The notes below the pieces were generated by a model. It ran no database searches and was not told the DNA's origin. It worked only from the letters and a program-made list of their open reading frames with translations. Below, piece after piece: positions 54,741 to 62,376 of a stretch of DNA of 64,000 nucleotides. The translations under genes were made by a program, and so were the position numbers. Position 1 is the stretch's first letter. Each line of letters starts with the position of its first letter. The DNA is from an uncultured virus (IMG/VR IMGVR_UViG_3300029922_000048) (taxonomy: Duplodnaviria > Heunggongvirae > Uroviricota > Caudoviricetes), in the IMG/VR virus record IMGVR_UViG_3300029922_000048. The stretch is one strand, 5' to 3'.

Positions 54741-56936
54741 ATGAACGTACCGAAAAAGCACGTCAACGCATTGATTCGCGAGATGCGCAAGCTCAAGGGC
54801 TTGCCAGGCTCGTTCGATGTCCAGTTAAAATCAGAAGTGGTGGACCCCGCGAAGGACCTGTATCGTTACTCCGCAGAAGCCGCCGACTTCGAAACCACCG
54901 CGATAACGAATCTTAGTAAGATTTGGCAAACCCTCCAGAAGGCATTCAAGACGATCTCTCTTCCTACGTACATGTCGGAGTACTACGGCGAGCGTGAGAA
55001 GAACCAAGACTTCGTCAGGGTAGACAATCGTGAAATCGATACTGCGATTCACCCCACAGTCAAATTCGTACCAGCAGGACTCGACGCCAACGTATCGGGG
55101 ATCACCTATTATCCTCGTGTGGTCATGCACGCCCCCTACGAAGAGACACTCGGTGGTGTCACGTACCGGCTGATAGCCAATAAGGATCGGTACGGATATT
55201 ACAACGACTGCATGCGGGTACACTTCTGTGTCCCCCATACTGATCCTTGCTATAACTACTTGGATCAAAACAACATCATCAAACAGTACGGATATCGCAA
55301 GAAGAGTGGGGTGGTGGAACGCCGTCATGTCATATGCCCCGAATTGAACTACCACACCATGCTGGTATTCATCCTCTGCAGCTTCTCACCCAGGTTCCCC
55401 GAAATGCTGCAGGATGGTTGTTATCTCCACCCCGACGACGCACAGGCGCTCTCGATCCGGATGGAGAAGGCTCTCCCGAAGGACAAGATAGCGACCTTCA
55501 AGGAATTGAAGACAATCGTCGATAAGGAGTACGAGACCTGTACCACCATGATTGCACTCGATAAGCTGCAGAAGGGTGAGGTTCCTCATGTGGTCTTGAA
55601 TGACATCAAGTTCGGTGCCAGCTTCGCGGAATACGAGACCATGTCCCTGCGGGCTCCTGATTTTATCGGGACCCTAAAGGGCAGGTTCGACATGTCCCGT
55701 GAGTATGACATCTATCAGCTCATCGAAGCCTACTGCAAGGCTATCGTGGATGATTTGGAAGGTGATATTGAAGATCAGAAAGAGAACGGCGGACCAGCCA
55801 ACATCACGGTACCTGAATTCTCAATCAACGGTATACCGATCAACGTCAGCTACAACGCCAGGAATCACCATCGCATCATTAATGGCTACCACATCAAGTC
55901 CACCGACCTGATGAACGTACTGTTCCGTGCGTCGTGTGAGACAGACCCAGAGAATTACGGTCGATTCTTGCTTCAGTGTTCCCGTATGTCGTTGGAGTGG
56001 CGTGACGCGCTGTCGAGTGACATTGGGCTACCAGTGAAGATTAACCGCGATTTGACCTCCGAGGACTACGCAAATCCAATCCCGAAGCATACGTCTCCCC
56101 GACTGAACTTCCGGATCATTGATCGTCGTATCCATCTCGTGCTGGATGAAACCGGTACCACGTTGCGGGTCAAGCTCGGCAAGCTAATCAGCGCAGTTAA
56201 GCGTATCAACCGTTTGACCAACAATAAGTATCAGAAGGGTGGTTACAGCCGTCGTAGTTATACGTGGGCCAGGACTCAGCTGCAGGAAGCCCTGCAGCGT
56301 TGCACGAGTTTTGAGCATGCTCCCGTGACCCCTGCTCAAGCAATAGCCGAGATTGACCCAACTCTATATCGTGAGGAGGCTGAACGGATCGCTGCTGAAG
56401 CGGAACGAGAAGTACTGTTAGCCAAACAGAAGAAAGAAGCCGACGAGCGTACCAGAGTCCGCGAACAGGAACGCCAAATCAAACGTGAAGAGGCGGTTAA
56501 GATGTTCGAGCTGATGGAAGAGAAGCGGGCCAAGGCAATCAAGAAGTCAGAGGAATTTTTGGCCCGTGCTATTAGGCACACTAAGGCCAAGGATACCCAG
56601 CACCCCGATGGAGAAGCATGGCTCATCAAGGGTAAAGCTCGTAGTTACAAGATCATTAAGGAAACTGGTCGTGTCTACGAGGCCAAGACAGGTAATTATA
56701 TCTGTATCGTCAACCATGACAATTACAAGGGCGTCGGATTTGACTCGATTGCATCGAGAATGTACGCGCTCGCGAATGACACCATGGTAGAGGGTATGAT
56801 TCATACTCTCCTGAACCTGGACCACGATGAGGAACCGGCCCCAGGAGACGAGTTGCAGAATGTTGAACAACTCATCGTAGAAAATAACGAAATTGCCGAA
56901 TCAGAACCCCAGGAAGCAGCTCTCGCCGAAGCATAA
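54741..56936 (+). CDS. Large hypothetical protein with coiled coil and C-terminal ICIV...D.IASR..ALAND domain
   Basis: 731 aa; Glu/Arg-rich coil followed by a Cys-containing terminal domain. Confidence 0.6.
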   Translation: MNVPKKHVNALIREMRKLKGLPGSFDVQLKSEVVDPAKDLYRYSAEAADFETTAITNLSKIWQTLQKAFKTISLPTYMSEYYGEREKNQDFVRVDNREIDTAIHPTVKFVPAGLDANVSGITYYPRVVMHAPYEETLGGVTYRLIANKDRYGYYNDCMRVHFCVPHTDPCYNYLDQNNIIKQYGYRKKSGVVERRHVICPELNYHTMLVFILCSFSPRFPEMLQDGCYLHPDDAQALSIRMEKALPKDKIATFKELKTIVDKEYETCTTMIALDKLQKGEVPHVVLNDIKFGASFAEYETMSLRAPDFIGTLKGRFDMSREYDIYQLIEAYCKAIVDDLEGDIEDQKENGGPANITVPEFSINGIPINVSYNARNHHRIINGYHIKSTDLMNVLFRASCETDPENYGRFLLQCSRMSLEWRDALSSDIGLPVKINRDLTSEDYANPIPKHTSPRLNFRIIDRRIHLVLDETGTTLRVKLGKLISAVKRINRLTNNKYQKGGYSRRSYTWARTQLQEALQRCTSFEHAPVTPAQAIAEIDPTLYREEAERIAAEAEREVLLAKQKKEADERTRVREQERQIKREEAVKMFELMEEKRAKAIKKSEEFLARAIRHTKAKDTQHPDGEAWLIKGKARSYKIIKETGRVYEAKTGNYICIVNHDNYKGVGFDSIASRMYALANDTMVEGMIHTLLNLDHDEEPAPGDELQNVEQLIVENNEIAESEPQEAALAEA

Positions 56937-57047
56937 ATCGGCTCAGAACGTCATAGTTCACATCACCAAAGACCACGATGGCCGCATCAAGAAAGCGGTC
57001 GCGTGCAAATCCGTACCTGCATTGCAGAGATATACCCGTTACATCGA

Positions 57048-57833
57048 ATGAGTAGACTTATATTCACCCTAGTTACAGAACCCGATAGTCCTGAGCGGCT
57101 CAGAGCCGTAATGCCGGTCTTCAAACCTTCCGGCACCATCAAGGACGAAGCTAAGAAGGCTGCAGACGTTAAGGATAAGGAACAGAAGTTCCTGGAACAT
57201 GCTCACCTCTCTCCCTTGACCGGGAGAGTAGCGGGCTATGGTTGGCTTCAGACTGCAGGAGTGCACGCATTCAATTATGCTTGCCCTGCCGACGAGGAAA
57301 AGCTAATCGAGCTGGTGGGCGAGTTGTTCGAAGCCCACGAGATCGTGACCTACGATGGTCGCGGATTCGACTATCCATTCCTGGCTAGCCGCGCCAGCCT
57401 GTACGAGTCCACTCGAAAGTATGTGAATCGGTTCGCTTCACTGTTTGCAGGTATACAGTCGTTAAAACGTCCCACCTTGTGTGAGATCGCGGAGAATATC
57501 GGGCTGTCTTACTGGCAGGCTGAAAATGCATTCACGCGCCGCAATGTCCTGACTCTTAAGGAACTCGCTGGATTTTATGGAATCGAAGGAGCCCCCAAGT
57601 CTCTCGCGTTCCATCAGGCCCTGGCGGCTTTCCGGAGAGAAGGCATTCCAAAGCCCGACGAGCTTGATTACGAATTGACGGCTGACCAGAAGTTGCTCAA
57701 CCAGGTAATGGGTGAGTATCTACACGGTACATGCGTCACCATTGATGCTCTCCATAAGGTTCTGACCAGGACGCCTGATCAACCCGAGCCTGCCGCTGAG
57801 GCCGAAACCCCGTCACTCATCATCAAGCCGTGA
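57048..57833 (+). CDS. Degenerate DnaQ/PolB-type 3'-5' exonuclease-like protein
   Basis: LSPLTGRV, DEEKLI, IVTYDGRGFDYPFL; ExoI and ExoIII acidic residues absent. Confidence 0.65.
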   Translation: MSRLIFTLVTEPDSPERLRAVMPVFKPSGTIKDEAKKAADVKDKEQKFLEHAHLSPLTGRVAGYGWLQTAGVHAFNYACPADEEKLIELVGELFEAHEIVTYDGRGFDYPFLASRASLYESTRKYVNRFASLFAGIQSLKRPTLCEIAENIGLSYWQAENAFTRRNVLTLKELAGFYGIEGAPKSLAFHQALAAFRREGIPKPDELDYELTADQKLLNQVMGEYLHGTCVTIDALHKVLTRTPDQPEPAAEAETPSLIIKP

Positions 57834-58324
57834 AATTGAATCAAGTCCTGGCCCTCGCCGTCAAGTATGGCGACGAGGGCAGCCGAACCAATGCTCGTGA
57901 AGAGGTGGGTGGTGTTATTCTGCAGAGGAAGGGATGGAAATCTACAGTTTACTACACATCGCCACGTGCTGATTATTCTCGTAATACCTTGGATTTCATC
58001 TGGGTACCACTACACAATCAACATACCGGTACTCCAACCGCGCATGGGTTGTTTGAGGCTACCCAGGAGGAGTTCACCAAGAAGGCTATCCCATTGTTAC
58101 GTGATGGGTGGAAGCGTTACGCGACATTCCATACCCACCCTAGTTTTTCGTATCATCCGTCCCATACGGACCTTACTGAGTTATTCAAATCCTATCACAT
58201 CAACTACATCTACAGCATTCCTGAAAATTGTGTCGCTAAATACACCTGGCAAGGTGAAGTCTCACTAAAACAAGAAATAACCAGAGATATAAATAAATGG
58301 CTAAAATTAAACGAATCGCAGTAG
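57830..58324 (+). CDS. JAB/MPN+ (JAMM) metallo-isopeptidase
   Basis: EEVGG catalytic Glu; H-x-H-x7-S-x2-D = HTHPSFSYHPSHTD; YIYS. Confidence 0.88.
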   Translation: MKLNQVLALAVKYGDEGSRTNAREEVGGVILQRKGWKSTVYYTSPRADYSRNTLDFIWVPLHNQHTGTPTAHGLFEATQEEFTKKAIPLLRDGWKRYATFHTHPSFSYHPSHTDLTELFKSYHINYIYSIPENCVAKYTWQGEVSLKQEITRDINKWLKLNESQ

Positions 58325-58893
58325 CGGGTTGCGGCGGCATCGGGTCCCATCTCATTCCAATCCTCTATGACTTTGGGGTCGTCCACAAGCAGTACGACTT
58401 CATGGCCACCGCTATTGACATCTACGACGACGACCGGATCGAGCAAAACAATCTCCTGCACCAGAACTTCAATCTGAAGGACCTGGGTCAACCTAAGGCA
58501 GATGTGTTGGCCCGCAAGTACTCGGTCAAGCCTATCGCGAGATTCATGGAGGAGAAGGACTTCAAGAAGTATGATGTTATATTTAGCTGTGTTGACAGTA
58601 TGACATTCCGGAAGGCCCTCTATGAGTACGGGTGGGCCAACCCGAAGCTTCATTGGATTGATGGTCGAGTCGAGTCACGTCGTGGATTTGTATTCAACTC
58701 CCGTGTGCCTCGATCAGTCCTGGAGCAGCACATAGATGACTCGAAGGAGCGGACGGGATGCCTACGCGCTTTTGAGAAGGAGCAGAACATCTCCCATACG
58801 ACGCCGGGGGTGGTGGCGGGCATCATGGTCCAGTTATTCCTTAACCACCTGCGGGAACAACCTGTTACCCGAGAGAAAATCATCTTTCTGTGA
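58297..58893 (+). CDS. ThiF/MoeB/E1-family adenylyltransferase
   Basis: VAGCGGIGS, DDDRIEQNNL.HQ, GQPKA, SCVDS..FR, WIDGR, candidate catalytic Cys in TGCL. Confidence 0.9.
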   Translation: MAKIKRIAVAGCGGIGSHLIPILYDFGVVHKQYDFMATAIDIYDDDRIEQNNLLHQNFNLKDLGQPKADVLARKYSVKPIARFMEEKDFKKYDVIFSCVDSMTFRKALYEYGWANPKLHWIDGRVESRRGFVFNSRVPRSVLEQHIDDSKERTGCLRAFEKEQNISHTTPGVVAGIMVQLFLNHLREQPVTREKIIFL

Positions 58894-59189
58894 AGTATAA
58901 GATAAAAACCGAAATTGAATGTCATCCCCACAATAAGAAAGCAATAGAACTTCACCTGGACAAGGTTGTCATACTGATTTGCAAAAAGATCGGGCTACAC
59001 CCCGACGAATTTCCATGTTCGAGGGAACTCTACATGGCAGTCAAATCATCCGACAAACTGGACTCCCTGGTTGCATTGCTTCAAAAATATGATAGCTTGT
59101 TCGATGCAGCCGACGCCCTGGGAGTTACAGTTGCTCCCCGGTACGCCTGGCTCCATAACCTCAGTAAATCTACCCCGACTCAACACTAA
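58890..59189 (+). CDS. Hypothetical protein
   Basis: GTGA overlap with ThiF. Confidence 0.5.
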   Translation: MKYKIKTEIECHPHNKKAIELHLDKVVILICKKIGLHPDEFPCSRELYMAVKSSDKLDSLVALLQKYDSLFDAADALGVTVAPRYAWLHNLSKSTPTQH

Positions 59190-59192
59190 ACT

Positions 59193-60305
59193 ATGCCCAT
59201 AATTCCTCCCTCACGTCAGTTCGCCGGTTCCCAAGTGGATTCCAATGGCGAAGGTAAGTACATCAAGGACTCGATCCCGCAGCTGATCGTATCCACCAAG
59301 GTCAACACGGAAGGTGTCTTCACCCATTACCTGCCTAGCTACAAGCAGGACGCTACTGGCGCAGGCGTGTGGATGCACCAGTTCCAGATTCGAGGCAACT
59401 TTGGTACTGGAAACTTCAAGGAGAAGTACTACATCGCTCATGGAGCCAACGATCCGGTGGTTCACTTCGAGCGCAACTTCAAGTTCCGTTTCCCTGATCT
59501 CGCCAAGATAGGGGAAGAGATCAAGGAAGGCCGTAAGTTCCGCATCTATCCTCCCTACGGAAACATCTCGAAGCGTGTTGTCACCAACAACATCAATCGT
59601 AATGCTACCCAAGAAGGTATCATGGTGTTCGACGTACCGGCCTCCAATGCATTCAGTCAGATTCAGGACTACCACAACCGTCCCGGTTTCAACGGCGTAC
59701 AGGCCCCGTTGGTCTGTGACCCCGATAATTGTGCACTCGTGTTCACGAAGTGCAAGAAGGACTCGGGTGGAGGTAATCCTTGGGTATTCCAGATTGATCT
59801 TAGCCCCGGCAGCGCCATTCAGCTCCCCGAAGCGCTCCGCGATTCCGATAATCTCCATAACCTGGACGATATCTTCATCGTCAAGACCAAGGAAGAGTTG
59901 ATGGAGAAGCTTCGTACGTTCTTCAACGGCGATGTCTTCGATCTGTGCATGCAGGGCTATCAGGGTCTGTTGGTCGGGTCGGTCCCCGGCTTCACCCCAC
60001 CTACTGTTGCAGCAGCTCCTGTCTATGCGGCCCCAGTGGCCCCGGTGAGTGGCCTGGGAGCACCTGCGTTTAATCCTGCCAGCCTGGTGGTAACCAAGTC
60101 CCCGACGGCAGGTGGGGTGGCTCCCGCTCCTGCGGTGGCCCCTGTAGTGGCTCAGACTCCGGTGTACGCTGGAGTAGGTCAGCCTGCTGCCCCTCAGTCA
60201 GTACCGGTAGCCCCTGCCGAGCACATGGCCAACCCGATGGCGGGAACTGGTGCCCTCGACCTCGACGCAGCGATGAAGTTCTTGGGTAAGCCCAAGACTG
60301 CCTAG
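59193..60305 (+). CDS. Putative single-stranded DNA-binding protein (gp32-like)
   Basis: Aromatic-rich core, Pro/Ala/Val linker, short C-terminal peptide; immediately before recA. Confidence 0.5.
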   Translation: MPIIPPSRQFAGSQVDSNGEGKYIKDSIPQLIVSTKVNTEGVFTHYLPSYKQDATGAGVWMHQFQIRGNFGTGNFKEKYYIAHGANDPVVHFERNFKFRFPDLAKIGEEIKEGRKFRIYPPYGNISKRVVTNNINRNATQEGIMVFDVPASNAFSQIQDYHNRPGFNGVQAPLVCDPDNCALVFTKCKKDSGGGNPWVFQIDLSPGSAIQLPEALRDSDNLHNLDDIFIVKTKEELMEKLRTFFNGDVFDLCMQGYQGLLVGSVPGFTPPTVAAAPVYAAPVAPVSGLGAPAFNPASLVVTKSPTAGGVAPAPAVAPVVAQTPVYAGVGQPAAPQSVPVAPAEHMANPMAGTGALDLDAAMKFLGKPKTA

Positions 60306-60312
60306 TAACCTT

Positions 60313-60343
60313 GAAGCCCTGGAGTTCAACCCTCCAGGGCTTC
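60313..60343 (+). terminator. 12-bp perfect hairpin after SSB-like gene
   Basis: GAAGCCCTGGAG-TTCAACC-CTCCAGGGCTTC; weak U tract. Confidence 0.6.
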
Positions 60344-60359
60344 CACCCCATTTAATCCT

Positions 60360-61604
60360 ATGAGCATGCTAGAACTGTTGGACTCCGTCAAAAAGGGTCA
60401 CACAAAACATTTTAAAGACACAAACGTCAAATTTCAGTTAGCCCGTAAGTATCCACCCATCACGGGCTTGCTGGTTGACAACACCGGCCTGGAGTACGTC
60501 CTCGACAGACGATTCATCGCCTGGGGACGTTTCTATCTGGCCTATGGTAAGCGGGGCAATTCCAAGACTACTCTTGGGTTTGACTTCATGAAGCTGACCA
60601 TGAACCCTCCGCTCAACCAGCAGAAGGGTGACGCGCTTTGGATTGAGGTTGAGCGAGCCGCAGACCTTGATTACGCTCGCAAGCAGGGCGTGGATGTAGA
60701 CGGGGAGCACTTCGCTATGGAGCAGCCCGAAACCTTAGAGGAAGGTCTGACGCTCGCCAAGGAAGTCATCTTCAAATACGCCGCCAAGTACCCTGAGGGT
60801 GATGGTCCCCCTCTCTGTATCTTCTTCGATTCACTTGCTGGTGCTCAGACCCAGTATGAGTCAGAAACCATGGTGATCGGTGCGGCTAACATTCCTGGCG
60901 AAGCCGCCAAGAAGATCGCGAACTTCTACGTCACGACCCGCCATATCCTCGCCAATGAGAAGATCATCTTCTTGGCCGCTAACCAGCTGAAGGATAAGAT
61001 CGACAGCGGTGGTGGATTTGGTGCTGAGAAGGGTGAAGCGATGCGTGGTGGCGAAGGACCTCGTTTCGAGTCCACCGGTCAGTGGAAGATGGTGCGTACC
61101 AAGGATTTGGTTGGTAAGGATGACTACGGAGCCGACCGCAAGTTTGGTTCCCGTCACACCATGACCGCCAAGCGTAACAAGGTAGGGCGTGAAGGTAACA
61201 CTCAGGTATCAGAATTCGATGTCTATATCAAGGGTGGTATCGACTGGTGGAGCCCTGAGGTTCGGCGTATTGGTGAGACGTACAAACACCTGATTAACAG
61301 GGATGGAGCCTGGTGTACGTGGCAGGTTGAGGGCACAACTTTCAAGACTGTCATGCCAAACGACGATGGTGTCCCGACCGAGATGGAACTGCCGATCCCA
61401 ACCGATAAGCAGTTCCGTGACGCGGAGATGGCTCAGATGATTCGTGCCAGCACTGCCGCCAAGGAGTTGATCCGTAAGACCTATGAGATTCCCGATCTTC
61501 CCTCCGAGGAAGAGGTTAAGGAGATCGAGAAGGAAAACACCAAGAAACGTAAGGGTCGTAAGAAGCCCGAACCTGAAGACGATAACGCTATCAAAGCACT
61601 ATGA
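60360..61604 (+). CDS. recA: RecA/UvsX recombinase
   Basis: GRF..AYGKRGNSKTT, WIEVERA, QPETLEE, IFFDSLA, ANQLKDKI, RGGEG, KRNKVG. Confidence 0.88.
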   Translation: MSMLELLDSVKKGHTKHFKDTNVKFQLARKYPPITGLLVDNTGLEYVLDRRFIAWGRFYLAYGKRGNSKTTLGFDFMKLTMNPPLNQQKGDALWIEVERAADLDYARKQGVDVDGEHFAMEQPETLEEGLTLAKEVIFKYAAKYPEGDGPPLCIFFDSLAGAQTQYESETMVIGAANIPGEAAKKIANFYVTTRHILANEKIIFLAANQLKDKIDSGGGFGAEKGEAMRGGEGPRFESTGQWKMVRTKDLVGKDDYGADRKFGSRHTMTAKRNKVGREGNTQVSEFDVYIKGGIDWWSPEVRRIGETYKHLINRDGAWCTWQVEGTTFKTVMPNDDGVPTEMELPIPTDKQFRDAEMAQMIRASTAAKELIRKTYEIPDLPSEEEVKEIEKENTKKRKGRKKPEPEDDNAIKAL

Positions 61605-61873
61605 TCGAAATTCCCCTAGACTATATATTGCTGGGAGGAATCCTGGTATTCATCCTTTGGTGCCTGGTCGGTTTGTGGGCGTTCGAGAACTTGGTTGTCG
61701 AGCGCATGGAAATAGTTCGTTGGAGTGGCGGATACACTTCTCGGTGGTGGTTCGCAGCCATGACGTTCATCTGTGGCCCTGTCGTGTGGTTGTATTTCCT
61801 GGGAGGCTTCCTGTGGTTCCTACTGGATGTCTTGCGCGGCAAGGTATTCCCATATCCGTGGAGGAAGCAATGA
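61601..61873 (+). CDS. Small membrane protein
   Basis: Two to three hydrophobic helices; ATGA overlaps. Confidence 0.55.
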   Translation: MIEIPLDYILLGGILVFILWCLVGLWAFENLVVERMEIVRWSGGYTSRWWFAAMTFICGPVVWLYFLGGFLWFLLDVLRGKVFPYPWRKQ

Positions 61874-62376
61874 ACAAGCTCTACTGCGCTGCTGACAATG
61901 GGGTCAGCGGTAGTTGGGCATTCATCCACCCAGACCGATTGGCCACGTTCTACAGGACACCGACGTTCAGTTTTCTGAACTATACCAAGGAAGTGCAGCA
62001 CGTCAGCCGTCTGGACACCAAGAAATTAAGAGAAATCCTCCAGACAGAATTGGGGGATAACCGCAATTTCATTCTTGGATTAGAGAGACCCATGCTCGAC
62101 AATACCAAGTGGAAGGCGTCGCTCTCGGCAATCCGTTGCTACGAAGCCACCTTGATAGTATTGGAGGACATGATGATCCCCTACGATGTGGTGGATTCTA
62201 GGAAGTGGCAGAAGGAAATGCTCCCAGCTGGTATCGAAGGAAGACCGGCATTGAAACAGGCCAGTAAGGAAGTGGCTACACGCCTTTTTCCTCATTTGGC
62301 AAAACAGTTCAAGGAAGAAGGCGATTCAATTTTGCTCGCTGAATACTTGAGAAGACAAGATCAGAAATCATTATAA
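61870..62376 (+). CDS. ruvC: RuvC-like Holliday junction resolvase
   Basis: AADNGVSGSWA, GLERP, KWQK, K..S...A.RLFP, GDSILLAEY. Confidence 0.8.
   Translation: MNKLYCAADNGVSGSWAFIHPDRLATFYRTPTFSFLNYTKEVQHVSRLDTKKLREILQTELGDNRNFILGLERPMLDNTKWKASLSAIRCYEATLIVLEDMMIPYDVVDSRKWQKEMLPAGIEGRPALKQASKEVATRLFPHLAKQFKEEGDSILLAEYLRRQDQKSL

Noticed and set aside
58297..58893. ThiF as an auxiliary thiamine/molybdopterin biosynthesis gene
   Set aside because: No ThiS/MoaD with terminal GG, ThiG, MoaE or rhodanese nearby; lacks paired CxxC zinc motifs; overlaps a JAB gene instead
59990..60230. Ala/Pro/Val repeat-like DNA
   Set aside because: Low-complexity protein linker, not an exact nucleotide repeat
61483..61869. 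N-terminal extension of the 297-aa ORF
   Set aside because: Overlaps recA and the membrane gene; RuvC motifs begin at ATG 61870
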